A stretch of 64,000 nucleotides of DNA from an uncultured Actinomycetes bacterium (GCA_963770375.1 CAVYPM010000008.1:93999-157998); one strand, 5' to 3'; counted from the first letter of the stretch, positions 42,352 through 53,535 are shown. Notes: generated by a model not told the origin, from the sequence alone. Numbers and translations: made by a program.

Positions 42352-44736
42352 CTACTCCCGGGCGAGCATGGCCGCGGCCTGGCGTTCCAGGTCGAGGTAG
42401 GGCTCGCCGCTGACGTCGATCACGACCCGGTTGATGGTGCCGCCGGTGAACCGGTGCGGCGAGCTGCCCGGGTAGTCGCCGGTGACGGCGGCGCCGCTGT
42501 CGCGGCCGACGCACAGGCCCTCGCCGGCGAGCTCGAAGTAACCGGGCTGGGTCTTGATGCGGCCCTCGCCGACCTTGCGGTCCCCGTGGAAGAGGGACAG
42601 GACGCCGGTGGCGACACCGGGCGGATCTTCACCGTCCTTGTCGAAGGATGCCGACAGGATCAGGTTCTCGCCCGTCGGCAGGTCTTCGGTGGCGTCGACC
42701 TTCTGCTCGAATATGCCGACGAAGTTGTAGGCGTAGTGCAGCCGGTTGTCCTTGACGTAGAGTGCGTGCCCGCCGAACCAGGACCCGTGGGCGAAGATCA
42801 CCCCCTGGGCGCCCGGGGAGGGGATGTCCACCAGGGCGCCGATGCTGTAGGAGCGGTTGCGGACGTTCACCGCCTGATGCTCGGGAACGTCGGCGACGTC
42901 GGGGTAGTAGACATAGCGGTCGCGGGGGGAGGTCAGCTGCGGCCGGGGGGTGTTAAGAATCTCCAGCGGAGACCGGTCGTCGAGCGGGAAGGCGCCGTTG
43001 GCGCCGGCCTCGGCGAACCACAGGTTGACCATCTCGCGCAGCCTTTCCGGCTGCTCGCCGGCCCGGTCGTGCAGCTCAGACCGGTCGGTGTCGGTGTGAT
43101 ACAGCTCCCAGGTGTCATCGTTGAAGTGACCCCAGCCGCTGATCGTCGGGTGCGTCGTGACTGCCTTCCAGCCGTCATGCCAGATCGCGCGCGAGCCGAG
43201 CATGGAATAGAACTGGGTCCTGCGGGCCGACGGCCCCGACGGGTCGTCGAAGCTGTAGCGCATGCTCACCCCGTCGAACGAGGCCTGGACGTACCCCTTG
43301 AGCACCTCCGGCGGCGTGACGTCCAGCAGCTCCAGGATCGTCGGGGCGATGTCGATCGCGTGGTGGTACTGGTGACGGATCTCACCTCTGTGTCCCAGCG
43401 CTGACGGCCAGGAGATGATGCACGGGTCAGCGGTGCCGCCGTTGAACTCATACCGCTTCCACATCTTGAACGGCGTGTTGAACGCCATCGCCCAGCCGTC
43501 GCAGTAGTGGTTGTAGGTCTTGGGCCCGCCCAGCTCGTCGATCATCGCCAGATTCCGCTGGAGGTCGTCCGGGATCCCGTTGAAGAAAATGTTCTCGTTC
43601 ACCGAGCCGTCGGGGCCGCCCTCGCCGGATGCACCGTTGTCGGAGACCACGATCACCAGCGTGTTGTCGGCCTGACCGGTCTCCTCGAGGTGGCCCAGCA
43701 GCCGCCCGATGTGGTGGTCGACGTGCGACAGGAACCCCGCGTATACCTCGGCCATCCGGCAGAACAGGCGCTTCTCGTCCGCCGACAGAGAATCCCACGG
43801 CTTGGTGTAATCCAGCGGAGGGAACGGCCGGCCGTCCGGGCCGCTGCGGGTCTGCGGGGTGCCGATCGGGTTGACCGGCGGAAGCTCGGTATCGGCCGGG
43901 ACGATGCCCATCTGCTTCTGCCGGGCCAGGATCTGGTCCCGCATCGCCTCGTACCCCATATCGAACCGGCCCTGGTACCGGTCGATCCACTCCCGCGGGG
44001 CGTGGTGCGGCGCGTGGCACGCGCCCGGCGCGTAGTACAGGAAGAACGGCTTGTCCGGCGCGACCGCCTTGGCGTCCTTGATGAACTCGATCGCCTTGTC
44101 GGTGATGTCGTCGGTGAGGTGGTATCCCTCCTCCGGAGACCTCGGCTGATCCACGGGGTGATTGTCATAGACCAGATCCGGGTACCACTGGTTGGTCTCC
44201 GCGCCGAGGAACCCGTAGAACCGCTCGAACCCGCGGCCGGTCGGCCAGTTCCGCCGGGTCGCGGCGAGGTTCATCTCATCGGTCGGGCACAGGTGCCACT
44301 TGCCGACCATGTAAGTGTTCCAGCCGCGCTCGCCCAGGATCTCGGGCACCATGCCGTTCTCCGGCGGGATGGTGCCACTGGCGTTGGGAAACCCGACCGC
44401 CGCCTCGGTGATGCAGGCCATCGAGTTGCGCGTATGGTTGCGCCCGGTCAGGAGGCACGATCGGGTTGGCGAGCACAGCGCCGTGGTGTGCCACTGCGTG
44501 AACCGCACCCCTTGCGCCGCGATCCGGTCGATGTTCGGCGTCTCGATCGGCCCGCCGTAACACCCCAGGGCAGAGAAGCCCACATCGTCGAGGACGATGT
44601 AGACCACATTCGGCGCCCCATCCGGCGCCCTCGGCGGCTCGAACGGCGACCAGTCCGGCACCGAATCCCGGATATCCACGTTGACGGTGCCCTTGAACGG
44701 CTCGCCCATCGCCCCTCCCCGCTCGCTGCGCCACAC
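42352..44736 (-). CDS. Arylsulfatase (type I sulfatase, AtsA-like, 794 aa)
   Basis: Sulfatase signature CSPTRSCLLTGR (the Cys/FGly site) plus the GKWHLC metal-binding region. A large C-terminal extension as in M. tuberculosis AtsA. Confidence 0.85.
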   Translation of the reverse strand: MWRSERGGAMGEPFKGTVNVDIRDSVPDWSPFEPPRAPDGAPNVVYIVLDDVGFSALGCYGGPIETPNIDRIAAQGVRFTQWHTTALCSPTRSCLLTGRNHTRNSMACITEAAVGFPNASGTIPPENGMVPEILGERGWNTYMVGKWHLCPTDEMNLAATRRNWPTGRGFERFYGFLGAETNQWYPDLVYDNHPVDQPRSPEEGYHLTDDITDKAIEFIKDAKAVAPDKPFFLYYAPGACHAPHHAPREWIDRYQGRFDMGYEAMRDQILARQKQMGIVPADTELPPVNPIGTPQTRSGPDGRPFPPLDYTKPWDSLSADEKRLFCRMAEVYAGFLSHVDHHIGRLLGHLEETGQADNTLVIVVSDNGASGEGGPDGSVNENIFFNGIPDDLQRNLAMIDELGGPKTYNHYCDGWAMAFNTPFKMWKRYEFNGGTADPCIISWPSALGHRGEIRHQYHHAIDIAPTILELLDVTPPEVLKGYVQASFDGVSMRYSFDDPSGPSARRTQFYSMLGSRAIWHDGWKAVTTHPTISGWGHFNDDTWELYHTDTDRSELHDRAGEQPERLREMVNLWFAEAGANGAFPLDDRSPLEILNTPRPQLTSPRDRYVYYPDVADVPEHQAVNVRNRSYSIGALVDIPSPGAQGVIFAHGSWFGGHALYVKDNRLHYAYNFVGIFEQKVDATEDLPTGENLILSASFDKDGEDPPGVATGVLSLFHGDRKVGEGRIKTQPGYFELAGEGLCVGRDSGAAVTGDYPGSSPHRFTGGTINRVVIDVSGEPYLDLERQAAAMLARE

Positions 44737-45023
44737 ACCGTTGCCCGGCGCATGCCCAAACGAGCCTGGCCCACGACGGGAAACCGGGCATCACTCCTGC
44801 CGGGTGATCCATCGCGAACCGTCACGGCGCCTGCGGGTGCGTCCAGGCCGGCTCCGTCTCGGCCAGCAGGCCGTCGCAGTCGAAGACCACCGCGTCGATG
44901 TTCATCGGTATGCCCATCCAGCCAGCATCGGGCTGGCCGGGGGGCCGGGGTGGGGAATTCCCCACGCGGGACCGGCTGTGCGCCTTACTTACACCGCGGG
45001 CGCCCGGCGGCAGGCTGATAGCC

Positions 45024-45740
45024 ATGATCGAGATACACGAACTGACCAAGCGATACGGATCTGTCACTGCTGTCTCGGGGCTGACGTTCACCGTCCGGCC
45101 CGGCGAGGTCACCGGGTTCCTCGGCCCCAACGGCGCCGGGAAGTCCACCACGATGCGGATGATCGTGGGCCTGGACGCACCCACCTCAGGAACGGTTCTG
45201 GTGAACGGCAAGCCGCCGCGGGCGCACGCCGCGCCGCTGCGGGAACTGGGCGCCATGCTCGACCCGCGCGCCGTGCACCCCAGCCGCTCCGCCCACCACC
45301 ACCTGCTCGCCCTCGCCCGGACCTCCGGCATCCGCCGCGGCCGGGTGGACGAGCTCATCGAGGCGGTCGGCCTGGCCGGCGCGGCCAGCCGCGGCGCGGG
45401 CAAGTTCTCCCTGGGCATGTCCCAGCGGCTGGGCATCGCCGCCGCGCTGCTCGGCGACCCGCACACGGTGATCCTCGACGAGCCGGTCAACGGCCTGGAC
45501 GTCGAGGGCATCCGCTGGATCCGCGGCCTGCTCGCGGACCTGGCCGCCCGCGGCAAGACCGTGCTCGTCTCGTCGCACCTGATGAGCGAGGTCGCCCAGA
45601 CCGCCCACCGGCTGATCGTCATCGGCCAGGGCCAGCTGCTGGCCGACACCACCGTGGCCGAGCTGTCGGCCGGGCACGCGTCCCTGGAAGACGCCTACGT
45701 CCACCTCACCGACGACGCCGTCGAGTACCGCGCCGCCTAG
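45024..45740 (+). CDS. ABC transporter ATP-binding protein (ABC-2 exporter type)
   Basis: Walker A GPNGAGKST, signature FSLGMSQRLGIA, Walker B ILDEPVNGLD. Start at the internal ATG (MIEIHELTKRY). Confidence 0.85.
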   Translation: MIEIHELTKRYGSVTAVSGLTFTVRPGEVTGFLGPNGAGKSTTMRMIVGLDAPTSGTVLVNGKPPRAHAAPLRELGAMLDPRAVHPSRSAHHHLLALARTSGIRRGRVDELIEAVGLAGAASRGAGKFSLGMSQRLGIAAALLGDPHTVILDEPVNGLDVEGIRWIRGLLADLAARGKTVLVSSHLMSEVAQTAHRLIVIGQGQLLADTTVAELSAGHASLEDAYVHLTDDAVEYRAA

Positions 45741-45779
45741 ACCACCCCCAGTGATCGCACCGAACCGGAGAAACCAGCC

Positions 45780-46626
45780 ATGACCACCCTCAGTTATCAG
45801 CAGCACGGGCACCACCAGCCCACCCGCCTGCCCGTCTACTCCCTGCCGCAGCGCGTCACCCAGAGCCGGGTGATTGCCGCCGAATGGATCAAGCTCCGCA
45901 CCCAGCAGTCGGCCCTGTGGGCCGGCGCCGGCGCCATCGGCCTGACCGCCGGGTTCGGCATCCTGTACGCCGCGCTGCTCGCGGCCCGGCCGCCGCACGG
46001 CGCCGCCGCCGCCGCGTTCGACCCGACCGCGGTCAGCCTGTCCGGGATCCAGCTGGCCCAGATCGCGGTCGGCGTGCTCGGCGCGATGCTGATCACCAGC
46101 GAGTACGGCAGCGGGATGATCCGCGTCGACGTTCGCGGCCGTGCCGCGGCGGCTGCCGGTCCTGTGGGGCAAGGCGGCGGTCGCGCTGGGCGCGGTGTTC
46201 GCGGCCTGCGTCCCGGCCGTGCTGATCGCCTTCTTCGCCGGCCAGTCGGTGCTGGCCAAGGTGGGCCTGGACACCTCCTTCGGCCAGCCAGGGGTGGCCC
46301 GGGCGGTGCTGGGCAGCGCTGTGTACCTGGCCGTGGCCGCCGTGCTGGGGCTGGGCCTGGGCGCGCTGCTGCGCAACACCGCCGCCGCGGTGACCGCGCT
46401 GTTCGGGCTGCTGTTCGGCCTGCAGCTGCTGGCCGGCCTCATCCCCGGCGCCACCGGTGTCACCCTGGAGAAGTTCATGCCGTCCACGGCGGGCCAGGCC
46501 ATCGCCAGCGTCCACCCTGACCCGGGCACGTCGCTGGGCCCGTGGACCGGCCTGGGCCTGTTCGCCTGCTACACGATCGTGGTCCTGGTCCTGGCCGCCC
46601 GGCGGATGAGCCGCGGCGACGCATGA
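45780..46626 (+). CDS. ABC-2 family transporter permease carrying a +1 frameshift near 46110-46125
   Basis: N-terminal half (45780 onward; TM1 and the EYGSGMIR motif) and C-terminal half (ORF 46141-46626; AVPRRLPVLWGKAAV..., four more TM helices) are in different frames. The conserved SASTFAAVPRR junction is readable in the second frame immediately upstream. Confidence 0.65.
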
Positions 46627-46970
46627 CCCGATCCCGCGGCCGCACCCGGGCCGCCAGCAAACGGCGAAGGCCGGCCACCCCGTTGGGGGTGGCCGGCCTT
46701 CGCCGTCACGAGCCTGGCAAATCGCCATTCCTCCTGACCTTCTGCACCTGTTTGACCTGGATATTCGGATAATGCCGCGAGCAGCGGACACTCTGTCATG
46801 ACGGACGATAATCGCGTGTTTCGCCAGGATTAGGATTACGGAAGTGCCGCGGGCCACCGCCTGCAGGCGGCCGGGTTCGACGCGGCCACGGTGGCCGGTG
46901 ACATCCGGCCCGGCTGATCGGTCGTAACAGCGGACCCTGACCTTCACCGAGCGAGGAGAGGAGCTCGCTG

Positions 46971-47747
46971 ATGGAAACCGTTGCTTCCGCCGACGGCACC
47001 ACGATCGCGTACGACCGCCACGGAGACGGGCCGCCCCTCGTCACGGCCGCGGGCGCGTTCTGCGCCAGGCTCACCACCGATCCGCTGGCCAGGGCCCTGG
47101 CGGAGCGGCTCACCGTGCTCAACTACGACCGCCGGGGCCGGGGTGACAGCGGTGACACCGCCCCGTACGCGGTCGAGCGCGAGATCGACGACCTCGCGGC
47201 GCTGATCGGGGCGGCGGGCGGCTCCGCGGCTGTGTTCGGCCACTCCTCCGGGGCCACGCTGGCGCTGAAGGCCGCCGCCAGCGGCCTGCCCATCACGCAC
47301 CTGGTGCTGTACGAGCCGCCGTTCAACCCCGACGGCAGCTTCCCGCGCCTGCCCGCCGGGCTGGCCGGGGAACTGGCCGGGCTGGTGGCTGACGGCCGCC
47401 GCGGCGAGGCGGTCGAGCTGTACCAGACCCGCGCCGTCGGCATGCCCGAGGAAGTGGTCGTGCAGCTGCGGCACGCCCCGTTCCGGCCTGGCCTGGAGGC
47501 GATCGCCCACACGCTCGCCTACGACGCGGCCATCATCGGCGACCGGTCCCTCCCGGCCGCGATGCTGGCCACGATCACGATCCCGGCGCTGGTGATCACC
47601 GGCGAGCAGAGCCCGCCGTTCCTGATCGGCGCGGCCAGGGCCACCGCCGCCGCCCTGCCCGCCGGGCAGCTGGCGGTCCTGCCCGGCCAGACCCACGACA
47701 TCAACCCCGAGGCCACCGCCCCGGCAATCATCGGCTTCCTCTCCTGA
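46971..47747 (+). CDS. Alpha/beta-fold hydrolase
   Basis: GHSSGA nucleophile elbow (GxSxG) and the HG oxyanion region; 258 aa. Confidence 0.8.
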   Translation: METVASADGTTIAYDRHGDGPPLVTAAGAFCARLTTDPLARALAERLTVLNYDRRGRGDSGDTAPYAVEREIDDLAALIGAAGGSAAVFGHSSGATLALKAAASGLPITHLVLYEPPFNPDGSFPRLPAGLAGELAGLVADGRRGEAVELYQTRAVGMPEEVVVQLRHAPFRPGLEAIAHTLAYDAAIIGDRSLPAAMLATITIPALVITGEQSPPFLIGAARATAAALPAGQLAVLPGQTHDINPEATAPAIIGFLS

Positions 47748-47789
47748 TCGCGGCGAATCAGGAACTGGCCTGGTTGCGCTCTGGGCTGG

Positions 47790-48044
47790 CTACAGGAACT
47801 GGCCGGTGGAGTGCTCCGGGTCGCCGTTCCAGGCGACGCCGATGACCTGCGCGGGGTCGAGGACCGTCCAGCCGGACTCCCGCTCGATCCGGAGCAGCCC
47901 GTCCGGCCGGACCGCCACGGCGGTGAGCTTGTTGCTCTCGGTGGAGGCGAAGCCGACCTGGCCGATTCTGCTGACCACCATGAACACCGTGCCCGACTTG
48001 CCGATCAGTGGCGTGAGCAGATCGCAGATCGTCTCACCGGTCAT
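47790..48044 (-). CDS. Small hypothetical protein (~84 aa)
   Basis: MTGETICDLLTPLIGKSGTVFMVVSRIGQVGFASTESNKLTAVAVRPDGLLRIERESGWTVLDPAQVIGVAWNGDPEHSTGQFL. GGAGG RBS. Non-Arg-rich composition unlike the overlapping high-GC frames. Confidence 0.35.
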   Translation of the reverse strand: MTGETICDLLTPLIGKSGTVFMVVSRIGQVGFASTESNKLTAVAVRPDGLLRIERESGWTVLDPAQVIGVAWNGDPEHSTGQFL

Positions 48045-48200
48045 TCGCATCGCCTCCCGAGAGCTAACGGGAACCATGCCCAGGGCCGGGTGGCCGGAAG
48101 CACGGTAGCGCCGGAAAGCCCGACCGGGCGGGCCGGCCGCGGCTGGGGAGGGGTCCCCGGAGCGGTTTTGCTTTCCGGCCGCCCGAAATACAGTTGGCGC

Positions 48201-51200
48201 GTGGAAGCTGGGAAGCCCGGGTCCGGGGGTTCGGCACCGCCGCTCGTCGTGGGTTACGAGGGGATCGAGCGTGTCCTGACCCCCGGTCCGGCATACCGGA
48301 TCGGGCGGGACCCCAAGGGTGACATCCCGATCACCGACGACCGGGTGTCCTGGCGCCATGCGGAACTACGGGTCGAAGGCAGCCGCTGGGTCCTGGCCGA
48401 CGTCGGCAGCACCAACGGCACCTACGTGGCCGACCAGCGGATGGACCGCGTCGAGATCATCGGGATCTTCCTGGCCCGGCTCGGCGACCCCTCCGACGGG
48501 ACGCTGCTGACCTGCGTCGTCACCGGCCAGGAACCGGGCGCCGCGCCGGGCGGCCGGCCCGCCACTCAGGTGGCCGACCTGGGCGGCAGTGCACTCGGCC
48601 GCAACCTGGGCCCGGCCACAGTCGGCCCCGGCGGCATCCCGTCCGGGCCCGACACCGTTGGGCCGGACGGCGTCCCGGCCACCCGCGGCCCCGCTGCCGC
48701 GCCGGCCAGCCCCACGGCCGCCCCGGGCAGCCCAGCCGCGGACCCGGGCGGCACGGCGGTCGTTCAGCCGGTCCCCGCGCCGTCGGCCGGTCCCGGTGCG
48801 GAGCCTCCCACCGGCTGGCCGCCTATCGTCCCGCCGGAGCCGTCCGCCGAGCCGCCGTCACCGGCCCGGCCGGCCAGGGACGCCACGATGGCGGCCGGGC
48901 CGACCCCGGAGCCGCCTGCGTCCCCGCCGCCCGCCCGGCCAGCCAGGGAGGCGACCATGGCCGCGGGCTGGGCCGCGCCGGAGCCGTCCGCGCCCTCCCC
49001 GGTCCCGCCCCCGCCTGCCGCCACGCCTGGCCCACCGCCGGCCGCTGGACTCCTCCCGCCTGGCCCGGCACAGCCGGCTGCGCCCGCGCCTGGCGCCGTC
49101 TCGCCGGAGGCTGCGCAGCCTGATCCGCAGGTCCTCCCGCCCGGTGCGGCCACCATGGGCCCGGCGGCCATCCCGGCCGCGCCGCTCACCCTCGGGCCGG
49201 CCCCGGCCCCGCCGCCGCCGACGCCGGGCGGGACGCCCGAGCCGGCCGTCCCGGAGATCGTGCGGATCGGGCGGGCGCCGGAGAGCGACATCGTGATCCC
49301 GGACACCAGCGCCTCGCGGAACCACGCCGAGCTGCACCGCGACGGGGCCGACCTGCGGATCGTGGACCTGGGCAGCTCCAACGGCACGTACGTGAACGGG
49401 CAGCGGGTCAAGGAAACACGGCTGGCCGAGGGCGACATCGTCGGCATCGGCTCGAGCGTGTTCCGGCTGGCCGGGCAGCACCTCCTGAAGATCCACGACG
49501 CGGCGGCAGCCATCGAGGCCACGTCGGCCGCCGCCGCAGTTTCCGTACTCCATGAAGATGGCGCGCCACTCGCACCATCGCCTGCCGAGCCAGCCGGGCC
49601 CGCCCCCGCGCCGCCTGCGGCAGCACCGGCCCCGCCCGTGCCCCCGCTGCCCGGCGCACCCGGCCCGGCTGCAGCCGGCGTGCCCGCGGCGGCGCCGGCG
49701 GGCGCGGGACAGCCGGGCCCGTGGGCCGTCCCGCCGAAGGCCAACGCCGACGGCACGCTGGAGATCGGCTACGCGATCCGCTGGCTGGTGCCCAAGGGCG
49801 AGCGGTTCGCGAACTTCGGCATCCTCAACGACAACGACAGCCAGCTGGAGTACTACCGCAAGTTCGGGCACATCTACGCGGTCGGCGTGCCCACCAAGAA
49901 GTGGCGTCTGGTGGTGGTCTCCGACCCGGATCTGCTCGACGAGGTGGCCGGCCACGAGGAGCAGTTCGGCAAGCGGGCCGAGGAGATCAACTTCTTCGCC
50001 CAGCTGAGCAACTCCCGCGGCGGCGGTATCTCGGTGATCGGCGACAGCGCGCGCACCGAGATGATCCGCCGGGTCATGCTGCCCTGGTACTCGCCCCAGC
50101 ACCAGCGCACCCAGCTGGAGCTGATGAAGGAGCAGGCCCGCCGCCTGGTCGCGAACTGGGCCGCGCTGCCCGACGAGCAGCCGGTGGACGCCCGGGTCTG
50201 GATGGAGCGTTACGCGCTCGAGGTGTCCGGCCGCGGCGCCTGCAACTACAACTTCGGCCTGCTCGACGGCAACCCCAGCCCGCCCCCGTTCGCCGAGGCG
50301 GTGCTGGAGAGCACCAAGGAGAGCATCCGCCGGGTCGCCGACCCGTTCCCGGACAGCAGGCTGGCCGGCCGGGCCAACCGCGCCCGGCGCGACCGCTACC
50401 GGCAGTACAACGCCGAGCTGGTGCGGACGGCCGACGCGCTGGTCCGGGCGCGCAAGTACACCGCCCCGCTGGGCCCGCAGAACGACCTGCTCAGCCGCCT
50501 GGTGAGCACGCCGGACCCGGAGACCGGCGAGTACCTCGACCGGGAGACGGTCCGCGACCAGGTGCTCATGCACCTGTCGAACGGCTTCAACGGGCCGTCG
50601 ATCACCGGGGCCTGGCTGGCGTCTGTCCTGGCCAGCTACCCCGAGGTCGAGGAGAAGATGCTGGCCGAGATCGACGGGATCACCGGCGGCGACCCGGACT
50701 ACGACCTGAAGTACGACGACCTGCTGTCGCTGACGTACATCACCCAGGTGATCAAGGAGACCCTGCGCGTCTACCCGCCGCAGCCGGTCACGATCCGGCG
50801 CAGCCTTAAGGACGGGATGCTCGGGCGCTACCGGGTCCGCAAGGGCGACATCATCCTGGTCGGCTCGCTCGCCGCGCAGCGTGATCCGCGCTACTGGGGG
50901 CCCGAGCCGGACGCGTTCGACCCGTCGCGGTTCGAAGCGGACAGGGTTGTGGACCGGCCGAGGCACGCGTTCATCCCGTTCTCGGTCGGGCGGCGGCAGT
51001 GCATGGCGCAGGAAGTGTCGTTCATGATGCTCCGCGTCGTGCTGTTCGAGATCTTCAAGCACTACCGGCTGCGGCCCGCGCCGGGCACCGCGGTCGTGAA
51101 GAACACCCTGGTGACCACCAAGCCCGCCGCGGTCCCGGTGGTCCGCATCCCGCGGGAGCGAGCGGCCTGGGCGGACGGGGCCGCGGCCGCTGGTGCCCCG

Positions 51201-51270
51201 GCGGCCGCTCCAGCGCCGTCGGCCGCGGGTGCGCCTGCGCCGGCCATGCCGTCCGGCGCCGCGCCGCGCC
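48201..51270 (+). CDS. Multidomain protein: FHA domain - Pro-rich linker - FHA domain - CYP102 (P450 BM3)-like heme domain; continues into the reductase domain after an apparent -1 frameshift
   Basis: FHA1: YRIGRDPKGDIPITDDRVSWRHAELRV...GSTNGTYV. FHA2: VRIGRAPESDIVIPDTSASRNHAELHR...GSSNGTYVNG. P450: DPETGEYLD, ETLRVYPP (ExxR), FIPFSVGRRQCMAQ (heme Cys loop), and overall collinearity with BM3. The I-helix lacks the acid-alcohol pair (NGFNGPS replaces AGHETTS). The start is uncertain (GTG 48201 or 48249). Confidence 0.7.
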
Positions 51271-53431
51271 GTCCTTGGCTGCGGCTGCGGCCGCTGCTGC
51301 GCCGGCCGCTGCGCCCGCGGCGCGTCCCTTGCCGGGCAACGGCGGGCGGCCGTCCTCCGGCGGACGGGACTGGGGCGAGCCCGCCGAGATCCCGGCCACG
51401 AGCGCGTACCGCCATCTGGTCATCGCCTACGGCAGCAACTTCGGTGCGAACAAGGAACTCGCCGAGCAGTTCGCGCAGCGCAGCCGCTTCTACGGCTACA
51501 CCAGCGAAGTGGTCACGCTGAACGAGCTGGCCGCCGCGCCGCCGCGCACCGAGCCGTGGCTGCTGGCCGTCTTGACCTCCACCTACACCTCGAACCCGCC
51601 GTCGAACGCGGCCGCGTTCAAGGAGCTGCTGGAGCGGTCCTTCCCGGGCGCGCCGATGTGGCAGCAATGCCGTTACCTGGTCTGGGGTCTGGGGAACAGC
51701 CAGTGGAACGCGTTCCTCGCCTTCCCCCGCTGGGTGCACGCGCGGCTCGCCGAACTGGGGGCCACGCCGGTCGCTGACTTCGGTTACGGCGACGTCGGCT
51801 CGCCGGCCTGGGAGCGGCTGCACGCCGAGTGGAACAACGGGGTGTGGCCGGTCCTGCTCGGGCTGTCCGGCGCCCGGCGGACCGACTCCGCGGCGGCACG
51901 GATCGCCGCGGAGCAGGCCGCAGTGAGCGCGCTGGTGGGCGGCGACTCGGGCGTCGCGATGCAGCGGTCGCTGATCGGCAGCATCCCGGCCGAGCTGCGT
52001 AACCGGTCGGCTGGCGGATCCTCGTTCATCAGCCGCACGCCGTCCGGGTTGCGGAGCCTGGCGGCGCCGGCCGTCCGGGCGGCTGAGACAGCCCCACCCG
52101 CCCCAGCGGTCCCACCGGCCCCGGCGGGCCAGCCGGTCCAGGCGGGTCAGCCTGCACCCGCGCGTCAGCCTGCGGGTCAGGCGGCTCAGCCGGGCAGCAT
52201 GCTGGTCCCGGTCACGCTCACCAACGCGGTGGACCTCGAGACCGCCGAGGCCCGCGTGCTGGCCGTCCGCGAGCTGCAGGCCGCCGGGTCGCCGAAGCAG
52301 ACCCGGCACCTGGAGCTCAGCCTCCCGGCCGGCTTCACCTACCTGGCCGGCGGGCACGTCGGGATCTGCCCGAAGAACGACCCGCAGCAGGTCGAGAGGC
52401 TCGCCGCGCGGCTCGGCGCCCCGCTGGACGGCATCTTCATGGTCCCCGAGGAGATCGACGCCCGGGCCGTGCCCAGGGGTGTGGTCCTGCAGGTCCGCAA
52501 CGTGCTGACCAGCCTGGTCGACATCGCCGGGCGGCCCAGCGCGGCCCTGCTCGACCTGCTGCTGGAGAAGGTCACCGACCCGTCGGAGTGGACCCGGCTG
52601 GCCGAGTTCAGGGACGTGCTGCAGTGGCCGGACGGACCGCGCTCGGAGCTGCACGACATGATCGACGCGGGCCGCTACGACGCGCTCCAGCTGCTCGCCG
52701 AGTTCCCGTCCTGCTCGCTGAACATCTTCGACTTCCTGCGGGTGGCCCAGCCGCTCCGGCCGCGCTACTACTCGGCCAGCTCGTGCCCGCAGGTCCACGG
52801 CGGCCAGGTCGTGCACCTGACCGTGGGCCACGAGTCCGTGCCGGTTCCCGGCCGGCCGGACCGCGATTTCCGCGGGATGAGCTCGCACTACATGCGCACG
52901 CTCCGCGAGGGCGACGCGGTGAACGTGTTCTTCGACGACGCGGCCGGGTTCCGCCTCCAGGACGACCCGGCGAAGCCGATGATCTTCGTTTCCGCGGGCA
53001 CCGGTTTCGCGCCGATGCGTGCTTTCCTGTGGCAGCGGCAGGCGCTGCGGGACAGCGGTGCCGCGCTGGGCGAGGCGGTCCTGTTCAACGGCATCCGCGA
53101 GCGGGGCGTGGACGACATCTACCGGGACGAGATCGACCAGTTCGCGGCCGACGGGCTGCTCGATGAGGTGCACCTGGTGGCTTCCCGCGAGCAGCCGGGG
53201 ACCCGCGAGCACGTCCAGGACCGCATCCGCGCGCAGGGCGTGCTGATGAACGGGCTGCTGGCGGAGGGTGGATACGTCTACGTCTGCGGCTCGCAGCCAA
53301 TGCGCGACGGGGTCCGTGCGGCGTTCGCCGACGTGCTGACCGAGCACCGGCCGATGCCGCGCCCGGACGCCGTGGCCTACCTCGACGCCCTGGAGGCGGA
53401 CGGGCACTACCGGCCTGACCTGTGGGGTTGA
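51271..53431 (+). CDS. Diflavin NADPH-cytochrome P450 reductase domain (flavodoxin-FMN + FAD/NADPH), almost certainly the C-terminal part of the preceding P450 gene
   Basis: HLVIAYGSNFGANKELAEQFA (FMN), RYYSASSCP (FAD), FVSAGTGFAPMRAF and YVYVCGSQPMRDG (NADPH), C-terminal YRPDLWG as in BM3/CPR. The Ala-rich linker is readable in both frames around 51250-51290, consistent with a 1-nt indel. Confidence 0.75.
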
Positions 53432-53432
53432 G

Positions 53433-53468
53433 CCCGGGCCTTCAGGGGCTCAGCCCAGCGCGGCTGGG
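53433..53468. terminator. Two short GC hairpins immediately after the reductase stop codon
   Basis: gagcccgggccttcaggggctc and cccagcgcggctggg. Confidence 0.35.
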
Positions 53469-53535
53469 CTAGAGTCCGACGAGATCAACCGCGCCGCTGG
53501 CCGCGCGCGCCTTGCACGTGACCTGGAGCTTTACA

